Positions 36,000 to 47,910 of a DNA stretch of 64,000 nt are shown here, piece by piece (position 1 is the first letter of the stretch; each line of letters opens with the position of its first letter). Below the pieces are notes generated by a model. That model had not been told where the DNA came from, did no database searches, and saw only the letters and a program-made list of their open reading frames with translations. Position numbers and translations under genes: made by a program. Source of the DNA: Centroscyllium fabricii (Eukaryota); contig JBNRSN020000004.1 in the NCBI GenBank assembly GCA_051313645.2, forward strand, positions 55,738,001-55,802,000, in the 5' to 3' direction.

Positions 36000-36643
36000 G
36001 GCGGGGCAGATGGCGGCGCGCTAGATGCAGCGGCTTTGCGTCTCCCAAGTTTTATTGTCCCTGGTCCCGCACTGTTCCTGGAGAGGACGGCGGGGTCGGT
36101 GGAGTGGAGCACCGGTGCTCCTCAATCGGGGCACCGGTGCTGAACAAGCCGTCGGGCCGTCGGGGAGCTGTGGCCGTCGGGGAGCTGTGGGCGTCGGGCC
36201 GCCTCACGGAGCTGTGGCGTCGGGCCTCGGAGAGCTGTGGCCCTCGGGGAGCTGTGGCCGTCGGGGAGCTGTGGCCGTCGGGCCTCGTGGAGTCGGGCCT
36301 CGGAGAGCTGTGGCATCGGGCCTCGTGGCGTCGGGCCTCGGAGAGCTGTGGCGTCGGGCCTCGTGGCGTCGGGCCTCGGAGAGCTGTGGCGTCGGGCCTC
36401 GGAGAGCTGAGGGGCAGGGAGCTGCGAGGCCGTCGTGGCTGGAGCACCAGGGCCTGCGTGGCCGGGCACCGGGCGCATCGTGGCTGCAGCGCCAGGGCCT
36501 GCGTGGCCTGGTGGGATGGAATGGATCAGACTGGGACCAAGGACATTTAATAATTTGGGAGATTGCATGTTTGCATTTCGTTGTTTTGTGTATGTTCACT
36601 TTACAATGACAATAAATTGAATCTTATCTTATCTTATCTTATC
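36000..36643 (+). mobile_element. Non-autonomous Rex1-type retroposon with an internal GC-rich minisatellite
   Basis: Starts near gatggcggcg, carries gtggcgtcgggcctcggagagct-type repeats, and ends caatgacaataaa plus (tctta)n like Rex1 tails. No RT coding. Confidence 0.6.
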
Positions 36644-37292
36644 AACTAATGTAGCATGGACTAGGGTTCAAACAATGGGGGAGAAGTTCGGTAAAGCCCC
36701 TTTTGGAGCGCTAAAACTTTAAAAGTTGAAATATTGGCGCTTGGAGGTAATCATTCTTGCTTCCCGCGAAATTCAGTTTTAGCGCTCTAAACACTTCTCT
36801 TAGGGCGCTAAACTCCGAGAGCAGGGCGGTAGTGACAGAGCGCTAAATAATTTTGAGCGCATTGTAAGAAGCACTCTTTCATCACAGAGGCTGCTTCTCT
36901 CGCTTAAAGGGAAGGGCCTATGATGCTGCACAAACTAGTTGTCATCTGTTCTGCCTTGTAATGCGATCTGGACAACTGCCATTATAGCCCCAAACATCTC
37001 ACAAAGTGGAGGGCTTGGACAGCTTGCACCAATGAAACATTAATCATTCTGTACAGGCACCAGACTGGTGCAAATAATAAAGGATGCGCGAGCTGAAAAG
37101 CATTCCCTTTAATTACCGCTCCTGAAGCGGCCAGCTGAGTTCACAGCGCCTCCTCTTGCTGGCGCTGCCGGCGCGCGGTGTTAAAGCAGGAGGGCAAGAG
37201 CCAATTTTCCATCCAGGGCGATAACGGGGCGCTGTGCACTTTATGACATCACGATCTGTGAGGTGCTAGAGGCCCAGGCGCTAAGGGTCATA

Positions 37293-38001
37293 GGGAGAAA
37301 AATTCGATGGTGCCCATTTTTGGGCGTTAACCTCGGCGGTGCACTACTTTTAGCGCCCGCCTAACGCTGGCGCCGTTCCTCGTGATATTCGGTTGTAGTG
37401 CCCAAAGTAGGAGGTCGGGCGCTACTGCAGGCGCCTGACCTCATTGTTTAGGCACTACAACTGAATATCTGCCGCTGTGGGCTGATGAACCACGCTATAC
37501 AGAGTGCCGCGCCACAGTACTGCAGGCCTTCCTCCCCTGATTAAAGGGGAGGAGACTAGCGCGGTTCTGGCCGGAGCCCCGCGGGGCCGCCGTGGGACGC
37601 AATGCCGCCGAAGGAGCCCTGCACTCGAGGGAAGTGCCGGGCTGACGGAGCAGAGGCAGCACACCGCGGGGGAGCATCGGGGGAGGCCGGGGACGGCAGA
37701 GGGGGAAGGTGCTGGCAGTCGGCCGGCAAGAAAAATGGCCGCCCGGCATCCTTCCCTGCTGCAAGTACGACAGCCTGTACATCAGCGGGCGCGATTCAAT
37801 TTCACGCCCTGGATGCGAGCGGGTCGCTGCGCGCTCCAATGACATCATTCCTGGCAGTGTGGAGCCGCGGGGCACTACTGGCTACCGGCTACCGCACACG
37901 CCAGCGCCCCACTGAATATCGTGGGAGAGGCCAGGCTTGTGCCCCATTAGCAGCCCTCTCAGGGCACTAACGGCTGGCACAAGCCACCGAATTTCTCCCC
38001 C
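37293..38001. mobile_element. Family C MITE (inverted relative to 33608)
   Basis: ATA TSD; reverse-complement similarity to 33608-34304. Confidence 0.8.
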
Positions 38002-39133
38002 ATAGAGTCATAGAGGAATAATGGCACAGAAGGAGGCCATTCGGCCCATCGAGGCCGTGTCAGCACTCTGCAGAGCAATCGAGTCAGTCCCATTCTCCCG
38101 CTCTATCCTTGTAGCCCTGCAAGTTTATTTTACTCAAGTGCCTATCCAGTCTCTCCTTGAAAACATTGAGTGTTTCCACTTCCACCACTTCTGCCAGCCG
38201 CGAGTTTCAGGTCCTCACCACTCGCTGTGTAAAAAAGTTTTTCCTCACATTCCCCTGTAGCTCTTGCCCAAAATCTTAAACATGTGTCCCCTAGTCCTTG
38301 TGCCATCAATTAGTGGGAACAGCCTTTCCACGTCTAGCCTATCCAAACCCGCCATAATCCACAGGGGAGGTGCCAGAGGACTGGAGAACAGCTAACGTCG
38401 CACCATTATTCAAGAAGGGTAGTAGGGATAAACCAGGGAATTACAGGCCAGTGAGCCTAACATCAGTCGTAGGGAACTTATTGGAAAACATTCTGAGGGA
38501 CAGAATTAGTTTCCACTTGGAGAGGCATGGATTAATCAAGGATAGTCAGCATGGCTTTGTCAGGGGGAAATCATGTCCAACCAATTTGATTGAATTTTTC
38601 GATGGGGTGACTAGGCGTGTGGATGAGGGTAGTGCAATGGATGTGGTATACATGGATTTCAGTAAGGCTTTTGACAAAGTCCCGCATGGGAGACTGGTCA
38701 AGAAGGTAAGAGCCCATGGGATCCAGGGCAATTTGGCACATTGGATACAAAATTGGCTTTGTGGCAGGAGGCAGAGGGTGATGGTCGAAGGTTGTTTTTG
38801 TGACTGGAAGCCTGTATCCAGTGGTGTACCGCAGGGATCGGTGCTGGGTCCCTTGTAGTGTACATTAATGATTTAGATATGAATGTAGGAGGTATGATCA
38901 GTAAGTTCGCAGATGACACAAAAATTGGCGGAGTGGTAAATAGCGAGGAGGGAAGCCTCAGGCTACAGGACGACATAGACGGGTTGGTCAGGTGGGCAGA
39001 ACAGTGGCAAATGGAATTTAACCCTGAAAAGTGTGAGGAGATGCATTTTGGGAGGACTAGCAATGCAAGGGAATACACAATGATTTGTAGGACATTAGGA
39101 AGGACAGAGGATCAGAATGATTTGATGTGCATG

Positions 39134-39419
39134 TGTGGCATAGCCACTCAAGAGAGACATCCGATCTCTCGAGGACTCAGAATCCACCTTTCCCAAACGG
39201 GCCCTCCCCCGTTTCCTCATTGGTCAAATTAGGTCAACGGTTACGGTCCCTGACTGGTCCAAAGGGCTGTCACTCAAGAGCCCCACAGTGCTTTGCGTTT
39301 TCGCACCATTTTCCAGCAGTTCTGCGTGGTTGTACTTGAATAAAGACTTGTTTGAATTTGCTCCGCTGTTTTCCTCCGTTTCTTGATAATTAAAGAGTGG
39401 GAAACTACTGTTCCCCACA
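39134..39419 (+). mobile_element. Solo LTR (286 bp), Gypsy-like
   Basis: TGTGG...CCACA termini, CATG TSD, AATAAA near 39339. Confidence 0.85.
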
Positions 39420-40103
39420 CATGTACATAGATCCCTGAAGGCAGCAGGACAGGTAGATAAGTTGGTTAAAAAGACATATGGGATACTTGCCTTCATTAGC
39501 CGAGGCATAGAATATAAGAGCAGGGAGGTTATGATGGAGCTGTACAAAACGCTAGTTAGGCCACAGCTGGAATACTGTGTCCAGTTCTGGTCGCCACACT
39601 ATAGGAAGGATGTGATTGTATTGGAGAGGGTGCAGAGGAAATTCATGAGGATGTTACCTGGGCTGGAGCGCTTCAGCTATGAAGGGGGACTGGACAGGCT
39701 GGGGTTGTTTTCCTTAGAGCAGAGAAGGCTGAGGGGGCCCTGATTAAGGTGTTCAAAATTATGAGGGGCATAGATAGGTTAGATAGAAAGGAACCTTTCT
39801 CCTTCGTAGAGTGGTCAATAACCAGGGAGCATAGTTTCAAGGTATGGGGCAGGAGGTTTAGAGGGGATTTGAGGAAAGACTTTCACCCAGAGGGTGGTTG
39901 GAATCTGGAACTCACTGCCTGAAAGTGTGATAGAGGCAGGAACCCTCACAACATTCAAGGAGCATTTCGATGAGCACTTGAAATGCCATAGCATACAAGG
40001 CTATGGACCAAGTGCTGGAAAATGGGATTAGAATAGATAAGGCTTGATGGCCAGTGCGGACACGATGGGCCGAAGGGCCTCTTTCTGTGCTGTATAAATC
40101 TAT

Positions 40104-40945
40104 GGGCGAAAAATTGGTGAGCGCACGTTTTTGGACGCTAAACTTGGCGCAGCGCTAAAATGAGCGCCGGCGCAAATTAGCACCGGAGCTCCCGATATTG
40201 GGTTTAACGCCGGCCTTGCAGAATGCAACGCTAAATCTAGCATTGCACGGCTGCGAACAGCCAATTTCCTGCCGATAATTGGCAATCGCGGGCGCAGCGC
40301 TCCTTCAGCCACTCCTGCCCTTCCCACGAACTCTGGCAACGGTCAGGTCTTGAAGGGGGGGAGGGAAAACAGTAAGTGATGTCTCCCCACCTCCCTTGGC
40401 ATCTCCCTGATCTCTGCCCACCTCCCTCGGCATCTCCCCGATCTCTGCCCACCTCCCTTGGCATCTCCCCGATCTCTGCCCACCTCCCTCGGCATCTCCC
40501 TGATCTCTGCCCACCTCCCTCGGCATCTCCCCGATCTCTGCCCACCTCCCTCGGCATCTCCCCGATCTCTGCCCACCTCCCTCGGCATCTCCCTGATCTC
40601 GGACAAAAGGCTACCGAATGAAAGGGAGCAAGTGTCTCCCTTTAAGCAGCACCGCAGCGGCTCCACAGAGCATCAGCAGTGCTTTCCAAAGCTGGCGCGA
40701 ACAGCGTTGCGCCGGGGTAGTCACATAAAGGTGAATTTCGGGTGCAGCCTGGTGGGCGGGCATTGCACCAGGATATCAGCAAAGGATGGCCGGTCACCAA
40801 TTAGTGCGCGCTAACATTTAGTGCCGGCGCTAATCGCTTGGCGAATTTAGCGCCTGGCGCTAAAATTTCTGCGCCCGGCGCTAAAACCTCTAGCACCCAT
40901 TTTCAGGCGCTAATCGGTCGGCGTTGGAATGCCAATTTTTTGCCC
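40104..40945. mobile_element. PIF/Harbinger-like MITE, family D
   Basis: TIR gggcgaaaaattgg / ccaattttttgccc, inserted in a CR1 tail microsatellite. Confidence 0.8.
40384..40600. repeat. 31-bp tandem repeat (about 7 copies) inside MITE D
   Basis: Unit ctcggcatctccccgatctctgcccacctcc. Confidence 0.9.
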
Positions 40946-41210
40946 AATGACTCTATGACTTGTACACCTCCATCAAATCACCCCTCAACCTCCTTTGCTC
41001 TAATGAAAACAAATCCAGCTTCTCCAACCTGTCCTTATAGCTAAGAGCCCCTATCCCCGGAACCATTCTGGTAAATCTCCTCTACACCCTATCAAGAGCC
41101 TTCACACCCTTCCTAAAGTGTGGTGACTAGAACTGGATGCAATACGCCAGTTGTGGCCTAACCAGCACTACATTAAGATTCAGCATAACTTCTCTACTTT
41201 TGTACTCAAT

Positions 41211-42013
41211 GGCCGCGAAATTGGCGCCTTAAGCGCTGAAAATCGGCACTAATGGGCCGGCGCCGACCTAGCACCAAAATTAGCGCCGGGCGCTAAATTG
41301 GCCTAGTGATTAGCGCCGGCGCTAAACGTTAGCGCTGCGCCGCTTGGCAATCACCAGTCGTCGTGACAATGCATGTGCAACGCCCGCCCAGCGGGTTGCG
41401 CCCGATATTTGGCTTAGAGCCTTTCCACCGCCCCCCACGCTATCAGCGCCAGCTTTTGCAAGCGCTGCAGCGGGTTTCAGTGGCCGCTGCAGCACTGCTA
41501 AAAGGGCCATCTTCGGCCCGAGATCGGCCAGCTGATGAGGGAAGGGGGAGGCATCCCGATCGGCCAGTTGATCAGAGAGCGGGGAGCGGGGGGAGGGATG
41601 CCCGCGGCGGCTGATCAGAGAACGCGGAGCGGACGAGGGATGGCCGCGGTGGCTGATCAGAGTGCGAGGAGGGTGGGAGGGGATGCCCGCGGTCGGCAGC
41701 TGGCCCGCGGTCGGCAGATGATCAGAGAGCGGGGAGCGAAAGATGCTGCTCTGCTTCCCCTTTAAGACCTAATCAGCTGCAGAGGTCATTGGGAAGCAAG
41801 CAGTTAGTGAGGGAGCGCTGCGCCCGGGAACGGCCATTAGTGCCAAGATATTGGCCGCCTGGAAGCCGTGCAAGAAGTGAATTAGCGCCAAATTCTGCAA
41901 TGACGGCCCTAACGCCAATATCGGCTGCCTCGGCGCTAATTTAGCAGCGGCGCTAAATTTTAGCACTTCGCCAAATTTAGCGTCCAATCTGTGTGCTCAC
42001 GAATTTCGCACCC
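41211..42013. mobile_element. Family D-related MITE, inverted relative to 40104
   Basis: TIR ggccgcgaaatt / aatttcgcaccc with AAT TSD. The right end is the reverse complement of the MITE D left end. Confidence 0.8.
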
Positions 42014-43011
42014 AATACGTCCATTTATGAAACACCAAATCCCATTTGCTTTGCGAACCACTCTCTCAGTATGTCCTGCCACCTTTCGGGACCTATACAC
42101 ATTAACTCCCGGGTCCCTGTCCCTGCACACTCTTTAAAACACTGCCATTAAGTGTTGCCTCTCCCTGTTCCTTTTGCCAAAATGTAGCACCTCACCTTCT
42201 CTGAATTAAATTTCATCTGCCACTTGTCTGCCCATTCTGCTAGCCTTTCTATGACCTGTTGCCATCGATTGGTATCATCATCACTGTTCGCCACCCCCCC
42301 AAATTTGGTGTCATCTGCAAATTTAGAAATTCTACTCTGTATTCCAATATCCAGGTCATTTAGTTATATATCAAAAAAGCAGTGGCCCCAGCACTGACCC
42401 TTGGGGAACACCACTGTCTACCATCTTCCAGTCTGAAAAACAGCTATTTACCACAACTCGCTGTTTTCTGTCCTTAAGCCAATTCCTTATCCAAGCTGCC
42501 ACTGACCCACCTATTCCATGAGCCTCAATTTTGTTAATCAGCCTTCTATGTGGTACTTTGTCAAATGCCTTCCTAAAATCCATGTAGACAACATCCATTG
42601 CATTCCCTTCATCAATCCTCCCTGTTACTTCATCAAAAAATTCAAAAAGATTTTTGAGTTAACGCCAGCGCTAACCCAGCACTGAAGTGTGTGAGCGTTG
42701 CTGCACTCACCACACCGGGGCGCTAATGCGCCCCATTAGCGCCCCCGTCAGGCACTAATGCGAGGCGCTAACAGGCCAAATTTTGCTGCCATTGTCTTTA
42801 TGGTTAGACACCCTGTTATCCAAGCAACACTGAGTTAAAGAAAGAAAGCTCGTAATCTTACAATACAAATGGTTTTGGTAAGATTTTACTTTTGCTTTCT
42901 GAGATAAATATTTCCTGTTTATGCCCATCTGAGATCTTTACATTCTGAAATAGGATGAGAAACATTATGGTACCTTGGAAAGGTCTGCAGTCCTGTGTGT
43001 ACATTTATAAT

Positions 43012-43773
43012 GGCCCAGAAATTCGGGCTGGGGGCTTCCTGCGAGTGCAAGCCTCCAACCCACACATACGGAGCGCACAGAACTTTGTCCTCTTCTGGGA
43101 GTTGAACACCCGATGCTAGGCCCTGCTCCAAGCCCCACACGCCGCGCTGAGGCAACTCAGCGTCAGAGACAGTGCAAGATTCTGCGCGGGACTACATGGT
43201 CTGCGGGGAGCCAATCACTGCCAAGAATCCTCCATTAATAACTTTGACAGACAGATCTGTCAAAATTATGAAATGCAAGAGCCCCAAAAACACACTAAAC
43301 ATTAAAATAAAATTTTAAAAAACCCAGATTTTTTAACATTACTATCACTAACATAAATTACTTATTTTAAACAAAAAATAAAAATTTTGAAAAAATATTT
43401 TATGTTTTTAACTGGACTAAAAAACGACTTACCTTTGTTTAAATTATTTAAAAATAAAAAACCTGTGAAAGAAATACTTAAATTGAATAAAATAGAGACT
43501 CACCTGCTAAAAAGGGGTCGTTGCGGCTGATATTTTCAGCCGTAGCTTTCCCGATACTTACCCCGATAAAAAACTTGAAAAACAATCGGGATTTCACTGC
43601 GCACCTGCTGGTGCGCAGGCCAACGTGCTCCGGCTCCTGACCCCTCCAGACCCGGCATCGGAAGTACTGGTTCTGTGCGCATGCTATGTGCACACACAGA
43701 GCCAGCACTTCTGAGGGCCGCACGCATGAGTACACCGTCCGTACTCGCGCAATGCGCCCCTAATTTATGGGCC
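43012..43773. mobile_element. PIF/Harbinger-like MITE with AT-rich core
   Basis: TIR ggcccagaaatt / aatttatgggcc. Confidence 0.7.
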
Positions 43774-44257
43774 ATTGTAAAATGCATGAAACACTTCAAT
43801 TTCTTCAATTTTAACCTGGAGGTGGAACAGTTTTAAAGAACAGTCGTACAACTTAATTTACACTCATGGATGCAATCCTGCTGTACAATATTCATTAGAA
43901 GAGTTTTACATTTACAGAGGAAAGACTATTGCTTAATAATGACTTTTGAGGTTTTACACTGAAAGTTGACTCCAGTGTATTTTAATTTTACATGTACAGA
44001 ACCAAATATGATTACTTGATCTTTAAAAACAAAAGTACTGATATTGTGAAATGTCAAACAGCAAAAATGGCCTTGGAATTTCCTTGTTTTTAAAGAATAA
44101 ATTTTAATAAAGATATTAAACGTCTTTTGTGCTACCCTTTTATGATCTCCTGCAGTAGAATTCTACACAGCATCATTCTTGTAGGTTGACGCAAAATAAG
44201 AGGTCTGGGCTGCAGACTTACGCCGGAAGGGTGGGAACCTGGCGGGGATTTTTAAAA

Positions 44258-44802
44258 TTTTATTAATTGATGGGATGTGGGTGTCGCTGGCTGGCTGACT
44301 AGGCATGCATTTAGTGCCCATCCTTAATCGCCCTTGAGAAGATGGTGGTGAGCCGCCTTCTTGAACCGCTGCAGTCCATATGGTGTAGGTACACCCACAA
44401 TGTTGTTAGGAAGGGAGTTCCAGGGTTTTGGCCCAGCGACAGTGAAGGAGCGGCGATACAGGTCCAAGTCAGGATGGTGTGTGGCTTGGAGGGGAACTTG
44501 TAGGTGGTGCTGTTCCCATGCGTCTGCTGCCCTTGTCCTTCTAAGTGGTAGAGGTCGCGGGTTTGGAAGGTGCTGTTGAAGGAGCTTTGGTGAGTTGCTG
44601 CAGTGCATCTTGTAGATGGTACACACTGCAGCCACAGTGCGCCGGTGGTGGAGGGAGTGAATGTTGGAGGTGGTGGATGGAGTGCCAATCAAGCGGCCTG
44701 CTTTATCCTGAATGGTGTCGAGCTTCTTGAGTGTTGTTGGAGCTGCACTCATCCAGGCAAGTCGAGAGTATTCCATCACACTCCTGACTTGTGCCTTGTA
44801 GA
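44258..44802 (-). mobile_element. CR1-group (Zenon-like) LINE 3' fragment
   Basis: YKAQVRSVMEY...HHHLLKGD* followed by the 3' UTR. Confidence 0.88.
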
Positions 44803-45200
44803 CGGCCCCGCCTGCCCAAACAGCTGGGAAGGCCACGCAATTTTAGTTTAATTAGGTTGTTAAATCCACGCCGGCGGTGGCGGGAGGTAATTAGGTCAAT
44901 CGAGTCGGGCTGCATTAGGGCTGCGAGGAGTTTGATTCACAGTTCCAGCACTGGTTGTTGACAGTTCCCATGGAAACACTCCACGGTAACATCACAGTCG
45001 AGTGGAACCAATGGGAACGGTCAAGTGCTGGTGACTGACAGGTGGGTGGGCGGGCTCATAATTATTGACAGCTCGCAGCGGCTGTGAGGAAATGTTCAGA
45101 GCTGAGTTTTCTCAGTCTCTGCTCACAGCTGCTGCAGCCACAGCGGAGTTATTTACTCCTCTAAGGTGCTGGAGGCATGCCAAGCATTTGGCTGCATGTC

Positions 45201-46661
45201 AATAGACAATAGACAATAGACATTTACGGCACTTGAACAGGCCAGCCGGCCTACAAGTCGTGCCGCCCGATCCCTCCAGCTTCCCTTCTAATACCCTTCT
45301 CTCCCCATGTGGATATCCAGTTTCCTCTTGAACGCCTCCAGGCTGCCTGCCTCTACAATCCGTGCCGGCAGCCTATTCCAATCTCCCACAACCCTCTGCG
45401 TGAAGAACCCCCCTCTTCCATCCCTTCTGAACTTTCCTCCCTGTATTTTATACTTGTGACCTCTCGTACCTATCTCCCCCATCCTTGGAAACAGTCTTTG
45501 TATGTCCACCTGATCAATGCCCTTCATCATTTTGAATACCTCTATCAGGTCTCCCCTTGCCCTTCTTCTCTCTAGAGTGAACAGCCCCAGTTGCCCCAGC
45601 CTCTCCTCGTACGTCTTCCCTCCCATCCCCGGCAGCATCCTTGTGAATCTCCTCTGCACCCTCTCCAGAGTCTCCACGTCCTTCCTGTACCTCGGTGCCC
45701 AGAACTGAACGCAGTACTCCAAGTGCGGTCTTACCAGCGTTGTATACAGCCTCATCAACACCTCTCTGTCCCTAAACTCCAGGCCCCTATTGATGAAGGC
45801 CAGTATCCCATAGGCCTTCTTTGCTGCCCTGTCCACCTGTGCGGCCGCCTTCAGTGACCTATGCACATACACCCCCAGATCTCTCTGCTCCTCCGTTTCC
45901 TTTAACACTTTTCCGTTTAGTCTGTATTCCCTCCTTCCGTTCTTGCTGCCAAAATGCATCACCTCACATTTCCCAGCATTGAACTCCATCTGCCATCTCT
46001 CAGCCCATCCCTGCATTCTTTCTATATCCCTCTGTAGTCTCTCCCCTCCTTCTTCCTCATCCACTTCCCCCCCAATTTTTGTATCGTCCGCAAACTTACT
46101 GACCCACCCCTCTGTTCCTTCCTCCAAGTCATTTATGAAGATAGCGAACAGTAGTGGACCCAGCACTGATCCCTGCGGGACCCCGCTGGTGACCGGTCTC
46201 CAACTGGAGTAACATCCATCCACTACCACTCTCTGTCTCCTTTGCGCCAGCCAGTTCTCTATCCAGTTAGCTATTCCCTCATTTACCCCACATCCCCTTA
46301 CTTTCCTCATCAGTCTTCCATGTGGAACTTTATCAAAGGCCTTGCTGAAATCCATATAGACCACATCAACCGCCTTCCCTTCATCCACACTCCTGGTCAC
46401 TTCCTCAAAGAACTCTATCAGATTTGTCAGGCACGATTTGCCCTTCACAAATCCGTGCTGACTGCTCCTAATGAATTTAACCTCTTCTAAGTGCCTATAC
46501 ACCCTATCCCTCAGTACCCTCTCCATTACTTTTCCCACCACTGAGGTCAGGCTGACCGGTCTGTAGTTTCCCGGTTCCTCCCTGGACCCTTTCTTAAATA
46601 GTGGAACTACATTCGCCTCCCTCCAATCACCCGGCACCATCCCTGATGCTAGTGAGGCCAT
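45201..46661 (-). mobile_element. Young 5'-truncated CR1 with an uninterrupted 457-aa RT frame (45288-46661)
   Basis: RT motifs intact, including PQGSVLGP and FADDTK; (gtctatt)n tail. Confidence 0.93.
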
Positions 46662-47668
46662 CCTTCACACCTTGAAGGAGAAAGTTATAACCAGCGCTGT
46701 GCTCCCGCTGGGTTTCACCCAGCGGGGTTTAAGGTGACTGGGTTAGGGCGGTAAACAGGGCAAAATGGCTGAGGGCCCTTAAAATGGCATTAAAGATGCC
46801 AATTAAGGGCCCTTAACGAGGTAACAACCCATTCCCGCCGGCCGGCGATGGAAAGGTTTTGGGGCGGGGAATCTGGGCGTGGGAAAATGAGAAAGCGTCG
46901 GGGATATGGCAGGGGGGGCGGGATCTGCCGGTTCCGCTATTTTTCCGGCTGGGCCGCCGAAAACCCCGCCTCACGGGGACATGAAATTCCCCCCCCCTTA
47001 GTTTGAATTGTCCTCAAAGTATGATCTGATTTGCTATACGCTTCTCTCCAGTCCAGAAGCTCAGAAGCAGTGGACTATTGCTGTATGTGTTGATGCGGAT
47101 TAGTTTTATGACTTAAGGATAAGCTACTTTCATGTCAAGAAGTGATGCTTCTTTTTATAGCAACAGCGGAGATTTTTGGAAGAGAAGAAGAGTTTAGTTG
47201 CTCAAGCAAGCCTGTCTGCTTTGTCCTACACCTTCTTCCTCTGGAAACCCATTTAAATTAACAACACGTCACATACAGTGTTGCTCGCTTTCGTGGGGAC
47301 TGGCGCACGGCAAAAGGGAGGCAGTGGACGGTGAAGTAGGTTTGGAGTGAGAAGGAAGAATAGACTTTTCCAGCACAAGAAGAGGCCATTCGGGCCGCTG
47401 TGCTCTTGCTGGCTTTATGAAAGAGCTATTCAATTAGTCCTACAGCCCTGCAAGTGGTGTGCAGCTGTGATGGGCTGTGCATTGAGTAAAAAAAAGTGTG
47501 AAACTCTCAACGAGAAATGCACGCAGGTAGCTGGGCCATGACAATGAATGTCAGTTGGGTTTATTTCAGTGTGTAATTTATTCATTTGTTAATAGTAATG
47601 AAGTGTGGGTGTCAAATAATGTTATAATCCACCTGTTTATCTTTGATAACACTGGGATTTGCCTAAAA

Positions 47669-47910
47669 ACATAGAAACATAGAAGATAGGAGCAGGAGTA
47701 GGCCATTCGGCCCTTCGAGCCTTCTCCGCCATTCAATGAGATCATGGCTGATCGGTGCGGGCTCGATAGTGATCGAGGGATACGGGGACAAGGCAGGAAC
47801 AGGGTACTGGGTTTGGATGATCAGCCATGATCTCATTGAATGGCGGAGCAGGCTCGAAGGGCCGAATGGCCTACTCCTGCTCCTATCTTCTATGTTTCTA
47901 TGTTTCTATG
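47669..47910. repeat. Foldback of two V-SINE/CR1 3' tails
   Basis: 47669-47753 is the reverse complement of about 47819-47903. Confidence 0.85.

Larger units (their letters stand above)
38360..40959 (+). mobile_element. CR1 LINE 3' part (same subfamily as 30519-33607) carrying a solo LTR and a MITE
   Basis: PEDWRTAN...PQGSVLGP...FADDTK...LVRPQLEY; (actctatg) tail. Confidence 0.9.
37287..42650 (-). mobile_element. CR1 LINE 3' part in pieces (38002-38359, 40960-41210, 42014-42650)
   Basis: Tail (catagagt)n on the plus strand. RT motifs AFDKVPH and PQGSVLGP at 42371-42598. The pieces join colinearly. Confidence 0.85.
36677..42790. mobile_element. MITE (family E) split by nested insertions (arms 36677-37286 and about 42650-42790)
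   Basis: gggggagaagttcgg left end and ccaaattttgctgcc right end, both with gcgcta-rich subterminal motifs. Confidence 0.5.
44207..46997. mobile_element. Family A MITE split by two LINE insertions
   Basis: Segments 44207-44250, 44803-45200 and 46662-46997 align in order to 30628-31412. Confidence 0.75.

Noticed and set aside
36025-36620. Overlapping 130-194 aa ORFs
   Set aside because: By-products of a GC-rich minisatellite.
40237-40814. Repetitive ORFs (MPREVGRDRGDAEGG...)
   Set aside because: Translation of the 31-bp tandem repeat inside a MITE.
47161-47256. Acceptor followed by a short open frame QQRRFLEEKKSL...
   Set aside because: No donor or homology support.
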